From a virus, in IMG/VR virus record IMGVR_UViG_3300031566_000252, positions 1 to 30,260 of that record: a DNA stretch of 30,260 bases; one strand, 5' to 3'. Shown here piece after piece: positions 1-7,618 of this stretch. A model generated the notes under the pieces. It did no database searches. It worked only from the letters and a program-made list of their open reading frames with translations, and had not been told where the DNA came from. Made by a program: the position numbers and the translations under genes. How positions within the stretch are numbered: position 1 is the first letter of the stretch; every line of letters starts with the position of its first letter.

Positions 1-127
1 TCTGTAATCTGTGTTTGTGTCTATGTTTAATGATTGTGAATTTTTTAATACTGAAATAAAGTCGCCTATGATTTGTAGCATATCGCTTAACACATCATTT
101 TCATTTCCCTCATCTTTACTAACTAAG
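1..127. repeat. Left copy of an exact 127-nt duplication of the window ends (identical to 30134..30260). It indicates a circular or circularly permuted genome linearised inside a gene.
   Basis: Read directly: bases 1..127 and 30134..30260 are identical, and a minus-strand ORF continues through the junction in frame. Confidence 0.95.
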
Positions 128-363
128 TCCATAACATATAATTTAAAATCATAATTTATTTCGTTAGGTAGGTATTGAGCGTTCTCGATACTCAAATGTG
201 ATACTGCATAGTTTCTTTCCTTTATATCTATCTCCCATATATCTCCAAAGCTATGTGATTTGATACCTGTGTTGGCTTCTGATATATCAGCAAATAATTC
301 TATTAGATTGTTAAGAGTAACATTCTTGTAATAATTGTTATTTTGGTTTATTATCTGTGGCAT
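1..363 (-). CDS. N-terminal 121 codons of a 162-aa hypothetical virion-module protein that wraps the circular junction (ATG at 363, continues at 30133, stops at 30008).
   Basis: Hand translation of the minus strand from ATG 363 (MPQIINQNNNYYKNVTLNNLIELFADISEANTG...) runs without a stop to base 1. It joins in frame with the track ORF 30008..30226. An in-frame stop lies just upstream at 376..378. Confidence 0.75.
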   Translation of the reverse strand, partial: MPQIINQNNNYYKNVTLNNLIELFADISEANTGIKSHSFGDIWEIDIKERNYAVSHLSIENAQYLPNEINYDFKLYVMDLVSKDEGNENDVLSDMLQIIGDFISVLKNSQSLNIDTNTDYR

Positions 364-475
364 TATTTCATTGTATTATAATCTTTCGTGTAGCTTAAAA
401 AGGTAAATACCTGTTCAGCAGAAAGTTTTGTTATTTCATTTATTTTTAGAATATCCCCATTAGATAAACTATGTA

Positions 476-1126
476 TTACTCCGTACCAACCCCACTTAGC
501 GTGGAAGTCGTTTGAGTTTGCAATTCTTTTTTCTTCTTCATCTCTCTTTGTTGTTTGCTCAAAGATGATTGCAAAGCGACTTGATATTCCTTTCCGATAG
601 TCAAAAAAAAACTAGCAGCACCATTTACAGTAGCCACACTTAAATTGTCTTTGAATAAATTTGCTCTATCAAAAGACTTGTCGCTATCATATTCTTCAAT
701 AGCATATTTCTTTTTCTTTTGACTTGTTATTGGTCTGTATAGAATAGCCATTATGTAGTGCATATTCTCCCAAGGTTCAGACAAATAATTATCTAAATCA
801 ACAAATTCTCCAAAGGTTAAATCTTTTAACTTAGGATGAAACCCAAAATCAATACCATCTATTTCAATTATTGTATTAAGAGTAGTATTCATCTTAACAT
901 TCAATAACTTGTTTAACTCTGTTTTAACGGCATCAATATCTTGTTTCCTTATCTTATCTATTAAATTAATAGAAAGTCCTGTAAACGAGCTTATAGCTAT
1001 CTTGTCGAGGATTGTAGTGTCTGTTACGTCTTTAGTTTTAGACATAAACTCTTGATACATACCTAAACCGATTTGATTCCATTTTTCAGGAATAGTATAA
1101 TCTTTATTTTTAACTGTTAATAACAT
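476..1126 (-). CDS. Hypothetical protein (216 aa). It follows the terminase genes and is preceded by the conserved promoter-like motif.
   Basis: Long minus-strand ORF with an ATG start, co-oriented with all other genes. I recognised no motif. Confidence 0.8.
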   Translation of the reverse strand: MLLTVKNKDYTIPEKWNQIGLGMYQEFMSKTKDVTDTTILDKIAISSFTGLSINLIDKIRKQDIDAVKTELNKLLNVKMNTTLNTIIEIDGIDFGFHPKLKDLTFGEFVDLDNYLSEPWENMHYIMAILYRPITSQKKKKYAIEEYDSDKSFDRANLFKDNLSVATVNGAASFFLTIGKEYQVALQSSLSKQQREMKKKKELQTQTTSTLSGVGTE

Positions 1127-1145
1127 TATTCTTTTTGGTATCTAT

Positions 1146-1160
1146 TAGTAAATATAAAAA
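1146..1160 (-). promoter_or_regulatory. Copy 1 of a conserved 15-mer (minus strand TTTTTATATTTACTA); candidate phage promoter.
   Basis: Plus-strand TAGTAAATATAAAAA is identical to 18654..18668 and 21400..21414. It is intergenic, with 19 nt between it and ATG 1126. It contains TATATTTA, close to the Bacteroidota -7 box TAnnTTTG. Confidence 0.55.
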
Positions 1161-1194
1161 ATGTAAATTTGGTGCGTATTTGCTTAATCTCAAT

Positions 1195-1230
1195 AAAGGG
1201 AGTTTGGTTATCCTATTGCCATCTCCCTTT
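1195..1230 (-). terminator. Candidate intrinsic terminator immediately after the large terminase stop codon.
   Basis: AAAGGGAG (1195..1202) pairs perfectly with CTCCCTTT (1223..1230), with an inner TGG/CCA extension. On the minus strand the 3' arm runs into TTTATT. The loop is long, so this is only a moderate call. Confidence 0.4.
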
Positions 1231-2543
1231 TATTGTATAAAATACTTTCCTGTGTTTGGTTTCAACTCATACCACATTCTCATCATAAGAGCATCTGAAA
1301 AGTCAGGCGACCTACCCAATACATCTTTAACCTTTTCCTTTGGTAACATTGCTAATTTGCTATCCTTATCAATATTGAATCTTCTAACCTGTTCTAGTTC
1401 CTGAATAATAGTTTCTTTCATCTTTGGACTATTAGGATTAACATATACTTGTCCACTATTTATTTGCTCTGCTAGTTTGTAATAGCATTGTGTCTTTAGA
1501 TTTTGATAGTTTTCTCCATTGATTACTTTACCATTATTTTGAAATGGTTTGCATCTTAATATATCTCTAACACCACCACCTATACCATCATCATCCACAA
1601 TAATATTTGATAGTTTAACTCCCTCTTTCCTTTGAAGTTCTTTTATCACATTTGCTGCTTCAACTATTGTATTGGTATCTAATACTTTAAATTGTTCTGC
1701 TTTCAATCCGTTCCAATAAATTATAACTGTTTTGTCTTTTCCAAATCGAGCAATATCAGCCGTGATATATTTGTCGCCATCTTCTATATTTGAATTGTCA
1801 AAGATATTCAAAATAGCATTGTATTCAATTAACTTATCATCACTATCATCATACTCCCAATTCCCATATAACAACCTCTGTTTACTTACCTCATCTAATT
1901 TATTAAGTTGTTCTTCATAGTGTTTAGATATGAACTCATTATCAGTAGCAAGTGATTGAATAAAGAATTTATAATCAGGTAGGGTATTGTCTTTTGATGG
2001 TTTGTAGAACTGATGGTACACCCAATTCTTTGCAGGGTTACAAGTCATAAAGACTTTAGGTATTAGATTGTTCTCATCTAATTTATATCTTATCCTTGAC
2101 GAAAGTATTGCTTTCGCTTTATCAGTAATTTGATTACACTCATCAATAAAAGCCATAGTAATTTCCAAACTACCCAAGCTATCATAATTAGGGTCACTAG
2201 GATAATGGAACAAATCTTTAAGCATAACTTCGCTACCATTGAAAAATGTTATTATGTTACTACCTCCGTTATAGTTATAGTCTTTTCCTGACTTCATTCC
2301 CCACTCACTACATATCTCAAAGAATGTATTCAGAGTAGTCTTTTTTAATGAATCTAATTTACTCCTGCCTATTAGACATCTAATACCTTTGTACTTTATA
2401 CAGGATAGTATTATCCAAGCACAACCTAGATAAGACTTACCACCACCTGCTCCACCTCCAAAAAGTATTTCAGAAGTAGTGTTGTCCATAAGGTACTTGA
2501 AAGCCGTACTTTGTTTAGGAGTAAAATCACATTCAATCTTCAT
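1230..2543 (-). CDS. terL: Terminase large subunit
   Basis: 437 aa. Walker A-like FGGGAGGGKSY, Walker B-like MAFIDE, and a C-terminal nuclease-like region (IIVDDDGIGGG). Overlaps the small-subunit gene. Confidence 0.9.
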   Translation of the reverse strand: MKIECDFTPKQSTAFKYLMDNTTSEILFGGGAGGGKSYLGCAWIILSCIKYKGIRCLIGRSKLDSLKKTTLNTFFEICSEWGMKSGKDYNYNGGSNIITFFNGSEVMLKDLFHYPSDPNYDSLGSLEITMAFIDECNQITDKAKAILSSRIRYKLDENNLIPKVFMTCNPAKNWVYHQFYKPSKDNTLPDYKFFIQSLATDNEFISKHYEEQLNKLDEVSKQRLLYGNWEYDDSDDKLIEYNAILNIFDNSNIEDGDKYITADIARFGKDKTVIIYWNGLKAEQFKVLDTNTIVEAANVIKELQRKEGVKLSNIIVDDDGIGGGVRDILRCKPFQNNGKVINGENYQNLKTQCYYKLAEQINSGQVYVNPNSPKMKETIIQELEQVRRFNIDKDSKLAMLPKEKVKDVLGRSPDFSDALMMRMWYELKPNTGKYFIQ

Positions 2544-2883
2544 TAGTTAAATTGATATTAATTTGTATAGGCTCATCATCAGTAGTCATATCCATTTGCT
2601 GCTTCTCCCAATATCCTCTTTTCCTACCTTTAGTCTTTAGGTAAAAGATAGTAGCAGAGGTGTTATCATTCTTAATCTGTTTGAATAATTGGCTTTCAGC
2701 AAAGTCTAATGCTACTCCCTCTATTTCTTTGACCTGTTTAGCAAAGTCCTCATCTTCTTTTAACCAATTATAGAATGTACTTCTAGCCACTCCAACTGAT
2801 TTACAGGCAAATGTTACCACACCTAAAGATTGTTCAAGTGCTTCTAATACTTTCTCCTTTTTTATGTGTCCATTTTTGTCCAT
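2533..2883 (-). CDS. terS: Terminase small subunit (HTH type)
   Basis: 116 aa. HTH segment GVARSTFYNWLKED and the motif ATIFYLKTKGRKRGYW typical of phage small terminases. Lies directly upstream of and overlapping terL. Confidence 0.75.
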   Translation of the reverse strand: MDKNGHIKKEKVLEALEQSLGVVTFACKSVGVARSTFYNWLKEDEDFAKQVKEIEGVALDFAESQLFKQIKNDNTSATIFYLKTKGRKRGYWEKQQMDMTTDDEPIQININLTNED

Positions 2884-3542
2884 TAGTCTAGGCTTTCATA
2901 AGGTATATTCAATGCTTCTATGACTGCAAATTCAAATACTTTGCTATCATTGTCATATCCATTTAATTGTTTCATTCTTGTCTTTAGTTCTAACCATCTT
3001 TGAAATGTGTCTGATGATACCTTTAATGATATTGAATTGTCAAACTTATCTTCCTTTTCTAAATCTAAAGGTGCATCTTCTTCTACATCAAATTGCTCCC
3101 AATCAAAGTTTAAGACATCTATCATATTAGATATTTCCTTTTCATCAAACGGCATTGTTTCAGCCATCTTTTCAATAGAATAGACTTCTTTTAATTCTTC
3201 AAAGGTTTCTCCTAACTTAAAAGCATTAGACTTAAATCTAGTTTCATTAGTTTCAATAGCAACGATTTGAGCATCTGCTTTAGACATCTCTCCATAGTTA
3301 TATGCGTGAGCCTTATCCATACCTATTTCTCTCATTACATCTAATCTGTGGTTACCATTTACCACTTCATACTTATCTCCTAGTTCTCTTATTTGAATGT
3401 TCTCTACTTGTCCATTCTTTTTGAAATTAGCTATAAGTTTTTCAGTTTGTTTTTCATCTTCTTCCTTATAGTTCCAATCTGCTTTTACTAAGTCTTTGAT
3501 TTCTATATCTACCCAACCCAGTTTATGTTTCTTTTTTGCCAT
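2883..3542 (-). CDS. ParB-like N-terminal (ParB/Srx nuclease-like) domain protein
   Basis: 219 aa. ParB-fold signature YEVVNGNHRLDVM. Its start overlaps the 3' end of the DpdA gene by 34 nt. Confidence 0.7.
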   Translation of the reverse strand: MAKKKHKLGWVDIEIKDLVKADWNYKEEDEKQTEKLIANFKKNGQVENIQIRELGDKYEVVNGNHRLDVMREIGMDKAHAYNYGEMSKADAQIVAIETNETRFKSNAFKLGETFEELKEVYSIEKMAETMPFDEKEISNMIDVLNFDWEQFDVEEDAPLDLEKEDKFDNSISLKVSSDTFQRWLELKTRMKQLNGYDNDSKVFEFAVIEALNIPYESLD

Positions 3543-4387
3543 AGTTCTGTATAAAATTGTTCGTATTCTTTATATGCTTTGATACCTAATCTCATATTGT
3601 ATAATCTTCTTTTGGCTAAATCATCTCCAAATAGAATTTCAGTATCTAATTTACCTAACTTATTTATTACTTTTTGTTTATCCTTAAACCTAACTGCTTT
3701 GATACTTCCTTTTTCGTGGAATGGTATTGTTCCATACATTTCACTTTGTAACCAACTTGTACTATCAACAGAATAGAAAGGATAGTTTCTTAATACTTCT
3801 GTTTTAGTCATAGCAAATCCGTGTACCTTTATTCCTCTATCATAAGCAGGTTTGATTAATTTGTTATAGTTTAATCTTTTCCTGTGTCCTCTATCTCCCT
3901 CCAATGCTATGTAGCCACTCTCACAAGTATCAAGCATTTCCATATAATCATTCCAATCCATTGTGGTTGGGTGGTAAACAGGTACGCATTTAGAATAAAG
4001 GTTTTCTTTTCTTAATACATCTCTCCATTCCAATACTACTTCTTGTGTTACTATCTCTCCAATATCTAATTCAGCATAGTAATCAAACTTGTCAAAGTTT
4101 TCTTTTAGCCATATAACATAAGCATCAAAGTATTCTTGTGGTGTTTCCTTTGTCTTACTTTTCTTTGAATGAAAGGTTGCACTCATTACTCCCTCCTCTG
4201 ATTTTTCATTAAAGAAAGAATGTGCACCACTATCAATGAATAGTATCTTATGTGCTTCTTTAGTACCCTCCATTACTTGTGGTCTTTTGTTACCTCTTAA
4301 GTAATAGTAAGAATAGAAAGCATATTCTATTTCATTTTTAACCTTTTGTGGCTCTCCACCCTCAACACCTGCTAGAAATATTTTCAT
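3509..4387 (-). CDS. dpdA: DpdA-family DNA guanine transglycosylase (TGT-like 7-deazaguanine inserting enzyme)
   Basis: 292 aa. Signatures FIDSGAHSF, YIALEG, KVHGFAMT and YSVDSTSW match the DpdA/TGT-like pattern. Sits in an operon with queD/queE/folE. Confidence 0.8.
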   Translation of the reverse strand: MKIFLAGVEGGEPQKVKNEIEYAFYSYYYLRGNKRPQVMEGTKEAHKILFIDSGAHSFFNEKSEEGVMSATFHSKKSKTKETPQEYFDAYVIWLKENFDKFDYYAELDIGEIVTQEVVLEWRDVLRKENLYSKCVPVYHPTTMDWNDYMEMLDTCESGYIALEGDRGHRKRLNYNKLIKPAYDRGIKVHGFAMTKTEVLRNYPFYSVDSTSWLQSEMYGTIPFHEKGSIKAVRFKDKQKVINKLGKLDTEILFGDDLAKRRLYNMRLGIKAYKEYEQFYTELWQKRNINWVG

Positions 4388-5328
4388 AATAATTTAAGTA
4401 TGTTATCAAAGTTCTTAACCTTATATGGTTTAGGCTTCTTGTAATTGTGTATAGCATTGTGTACTTTATCAATCAATTCTTCCATATTATCAAATAGGTT
4501 ATCAGGTAATGTTTCCCTATAAGATAATCTATTAGGTGCAAATGGTATGCAACCTAAATTTAAACTTTCTAACATAGCTATACCAAATGTTTCTTGTAAT
4601 GCAAAACTAACTGATACTTTTGCTCTTGATAATAACTTATAGTATTCATCCTTAGTAGTCCAAACATCTTTTGTTTTTATCCATTCTATTTTATCATTAG
4701 GATATTTTTCTTTGTAGTCTTCTATCAGTTTATCAAATAAGAAAGGTTGTTTTTCATTTGCCAACCTGTGTGGAAATACTACTATATCTTCTTTTGGTTG
4801 TGGCTTATGATTATCAGTAAATACAGGAAACTTTTCTACCACTATCTTATCCCAAGTAGCACCAAAGTATTCTTCTATAATTTTTTTATGAAAGTCAGTA
4901 GCTACTATAACTTTATCTACACATTCTATCATAGCAAATTCCACACCTGTTGCCCACCTTGTCAATTCCTTTTGTGCTAGGAAATCATACTTATCCCAAC
5001 AACCTGCGTGTAACATTCCAACCATTTTAAACTTTAAGTCCATACAATCTCTTATGTATGCTATGTTAGTTACTATGGGATTCCATAAGTCTAAAAAGAA
5101 TATAGTATCATCATCAGTTATCTTACCCTCTTTGATAAGTTTAATGATTTCTAATCCCTGTTCTAGTTTAAATTGGTTAGTACCTATCACATCAAGGAAC
5201 TCTCCCTCTTTGATTTCTTGTACTTCTTGATTACCTACAATTACATCCACCTTATCTTTTAAGGCATCTAACCATTGTTTAGTATATCTTTCTTCTATTG
5301 ATTCTATGTGTGCTAAAATTATTGCCAT
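4384..5328 (-). CDS. GT-B fold glycosyltransferase (GT4/GT1-like) embedded in the deazaguanine island
   Basis: 314 aa. C-terminal E-x7-E motif QETFGIAMLESLNLGCIPFAPNRLSYRE, and the second Rossmann domain begins VVFPHRLANEKQPFLF. ATGA overlap with dpdA. Confidence 0.75.
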   Translation of the reverse strand: MAIILAHIESIEERYTKQWLDALKDKVDVIVGNQEVQEIKEGEFLDVIGTNQFKLEQGLEIIKLIKEGKITDDDTIFFLDLWNPIVTNIAYIRDCMDLKFKMVGMLHAGCWDKYDFLAQKELTRWATGVEFAMIECVDKVIVATDFHKKIIEEYFGATWDKIVVEKFPVFTDNHKPQPKEDIVVFPHRLANEKQPFLFDKLIEDYKEKYPNDKIEWIKTKDVWTTKDEYYKLLSRAKVSVSFALQETFGIAMLESLNLGCIPFAPNRLSYRETLPDNLFDNMEELIDKVHNAIHNYKKPKPYKVKNFDNILKLL

Positions 5329-5642
5329 ACCTCTGCTCCATTTTCATTGTCCTCTAATACAGAACAATAGTTTAATTGAAATACTGTTAGTAATTCTTTT
5401 GCTATCATTTCACAAGACATATCTCCAAATGTTTTAGGGTACATATCTTCTAGGAATTGATTGATAGTTCTTTTCAATAGTATGATTTCTATATCTCTAT
5501 CATCGTGGGTAACTTCTTTCTTGCAACATATATGAAAAATATGTCTGTGTGGAAATGCTAGAAACTCAACTCCCTCTAACTTACAATCAGTCCATTGGTG
5601 TACTGCTTCGTGTTGTAGGTTTACTATTATATTTGTTTTCAT
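5319..5642 (-). CDS. Small T-fold (QueD/PTPS-like) protein; second paralogue of unknown role
   Basis: 107 aa. The pattern LQHEAVHQW..C...(x)..FPHRHIFHI resembles the QueD/PTPS Zn-binding H...H / HxH arrangement. Overlaps both neighbours. Confidence 0.45.
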   Translation of the reverse strand: MKTNIIVNLQHEAVHQWTDCKLEGVEFLAFPHRHIFHICCKKEVTHDDRDIEIILLKRTINQFLEDMYPKTFGDMSCEMIAKELLTVFQLNYCSVLEDNENGAEVWQ

Positions 5643-6469
5643 TTAATTAATTCTAGAAATTCACTTTTCACTTTATGGTCTGTTTTAAAATTACCTATCA
5701 GCTTTGATGTGGTAGTCCAAGTGTCGTGTTTCTTAACACCTCTCATCTCCATACACATATGTTTAGCCTTTAAGACTACTGCTATACCTAAAGGGTCTAG
5801 TTCCTCTTGCAGAAACTCTGCTACTTGTGTTGTTATTCTTTCTTGGTTTTGTAATCTTCTGCTAAAGGTTTCCAAAGTTCTAGCTAATTTACTTAATCCA
5901 ACTATTCTTTTGTTAGGTATGTAAGCTATGTGTCCGTGTCCAAAGAATGGTGCTACGTGATGTTCACACAAAGAATGAAAAGGTATATTAGTTTGTACAA
6001 TCATTTCATCATATCCCTCACTTTCAAAAGTGGTACAATTCCATTTAGGAGGATTAAGAAACTCCTTAAAGAATTTAACATATCTTTTTGGTGTATCTTG
6101 TAAACCCTCTCTGTTTGTATCTTCTCCAAATGCTTGTAACAATCTTGCCACACTATCTTCTGCATCTCGTTCTCCTGATTCTTCCCAAGGAAACTCTAAC
6201 CAACCTAAATCAGTTTCATCTATCTTATTCCATAAAGCAACAAAAGGAATATCAGGATATTTATCTTTCCACTTCATTGCCGTTCTACCACTATCAATTA
6301 AATCATCAACTATGTAATCAGCTTGTTCAGGTGTATCTACTGCATTTCCTGTTAGTCCTGCAATGATTTGTCCACCTCTAGGTACTCCATAGTATTTTCC
6401 TTTAGGTAATTTTTTTACTCTTTCATAAATTTGTTCCCAAGTAATTACACTCCTGTTGTTTTGTTCCAT
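5639..6469 (-). CDS. folE: Fusion protein: N-terminal minimal Gpt-like phosphoribosyltransferase domain plus GTP cyclohydrolase I (FolE)
   Basis: 276 aa. Residues 1-97 align by eye with E. coli Gpt (ITWEQIYERVKKL / VPRGG / YIVDDLIDSGRT PRPP loop / WLEFPWEE). Residues ~100-276 carry GCH-I signatures LQDTPKRY, CEHHVAPF, GLSKLAR, QNQERIT and KHMCMEMRGV. Confidence 0.85.
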   Translation of the reverse strand: MEQNNRSVITWEQIYERVKKLPKGKYYGVPRGGQIIAGLTGNAVDTPEQADYIVDDLIDSGRTAMKWKDKYPDIPFVALWNKIDETDLGWLEFPWEESGERDAEDSVARLLQAFGEDTNREGLQDTPKRYVKFFKEFLNPPKWNCTTFESEGYDEMIVQTNIPFHSLCEHHVAPFFGHGHIAYIPNKRIVGLSKLARTLETFSRRLQNQERITTQVAEFLQEELDPLGIAVVLKAKHMCMEMRGVKKHDTWTTTSKLIGNFKTDHKVKSEFLELIK

Positions 6470-7170
6470 AATTCAATTTGTAACCTTGTACAGAATTTAA
6501 TACTCTCACGAATACATAAGTCTGCTACAAAGTTTTGATTAGTTTTTAATTCAGTTAAGTCCTCTGCATTAGGCATCAGATATATTTTGTTTCTGTCTAC
6601 ATTAAATTCTTGTATCTCATTCCAATTATCTTCATTGCTTATAACAAATTTAAAAATAGATACAGGACTATTGTTAAAAAATTCAATCACTTCTGGTATG
6701 TGTCTTTTGTTTTTAGGCATTCCACTATTACCAAGTTTAGGACTAACATTATATAAATCAATCCAATAATCTAATTCCTCTAATGGCTCAATCGTTCCAT
6801 TTGTTTCTACTTCTACAAAAGGATGATAACCTTTATTGGATAAGTAATTCATTACCTCAATGATTGCTTTCTGTTGCATTAAAGGTTCTCCACCTGTCCA
6901 AATTAGATGTGTACCTTTTTTCATTTGCTCTCCGTACAAATCAATAAGCATTTTGCCTACTTCTTCTACTTCATAAGTTATACCTTTTGTCCAAACTTCT
7001 AATGTGTCGCACCTCCAAGTTGCTCCATCATATAGTTGTCCATCTTTCTGTGTGCCATAACCTCCACACAATAAATTACAAGCCTTTAATCTAACAAAGA
7101 TAGCAGGTACACCCATTGTTTCTCCCTCGCCCTGTAAACTATAAAAATGTTCTGATACTTTAATTTTCAT
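6445..7170 (-). CDS. queE: 7-carboxy-7-deazaguanine synthase (QueE, radical SAM)
   Basis: FYSLQGEG N-terminal motif, cysteine cluster ACNLLC...WRCDT, and GGEPL. I prefer the ATG at 7170 over the track's GTG at 7179. Confidence 0.8.
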   Translation of the reverse strand: MKIKVSEHFYSLQGEGETMGVPAIFVRLKACNLLCGGYGTQKDGQLYDGATWRCDTLEVWTKGITYEVEEVGKMLIDLYGEQMKKGTHLIWTGGEPLMQQKAIIEVMNYLSNKGYHPFVEVETNGTIEPLEELDYWIDLYNVSPKLGNSGMPKNKRHIPEVIEFFNNSPVSIFKFVISNEDNWNEIQEFNVDRNKIYLMPNAEDLTELKTNQNFVADLCIRESIKFCTRLQIELWNKTTGV

Positions 7171-7618
7171 ATGATGCACTATTTTTGTTGTTTTCTCTTA
7201 CTGTTACTTTACTTACCTTTACTCTATTTGACGTTTCTTTACATACAAATTCATTTACCTTATTGTAAATAAACTCTGCAAACTTTTCAGCACCTACATC
7301 ATCAATCTTTCTTAACTGAATAATTTTAGATTCTTCTAATATATTATACATATACATTTTAGGGTCATCATTGGCTACTATCATAGTATGGTCAAACATA
7401 TAATCAAACCATTCTTTAGGACTTTTGCCATCAATAGTTCCTTTGGCTCTTTTCATTCCTCCGAAATCCCATACCCAATTCCTATCGTCTAACTCTCCCT
7501 CAAATTCTATAAGAAAAGAAAGTGCGTATCCGTGCAAGTAATAACAATGTGTATCTATTGCGTGGTGTTGTCTGAACACACAAGAATAACCATCAAATAA
7601 CTTACTACTCTTAAACAT
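7160..7618 (-). CDS. queD: QueD-family 6-carboxytetrahydropterin synthase-like T-fold protein (LHGY variant)
   Basis: 152 aa. FRQHH...HCYYLHGYALSF...WVWDFGGMK...FDHTMIV parallels E. coli QueD AAHRL...KCGRLHGHSF...IIDFAELK...LDHHYLN. The third His is replaced by Tyr. Confidence 0.7.
   Translation of the reverse strand: MFKSSKLFDGYSCVFRQHHAIDTHCYYLHGYALSFLIEFEGELDDRNWVWDFGGMKRAKGTIDGKSPKEWFDYMFDHTMIVANDDPKMYMYNILEESKIIQLRKIDDVGAEKFAEFIYNKVNEFVCKETSNRVKVSKVTVRENNKNSASYEN

Noticed and set aside
1-127. The 127-nt end duplication as genuine direct terminal repeats (T7-like DTR).
   Set aside because: The repeat lies wholly inside a coding sequence that reads through the junction, it is exact, and its size is typical of an assembly overlap. 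I therefore treat it as circular closure. This cannot be excluded without read data.
7171-7179. Extended non-ATG starts used by the ORF track: GTG 7179 for queE, TTG 9009 for the sigma gene, and the non-ATG upstream starts at 8154 and 12330 (start codons not checked by me), plus GTG 30226.
   Set aside because: In each case an ATG a few codons downstream gives tight, non-overlapping or minimally overlapping packing with the upstream gene. For 30226, a much longer ATG-initiated ORF exists across the circular junction.
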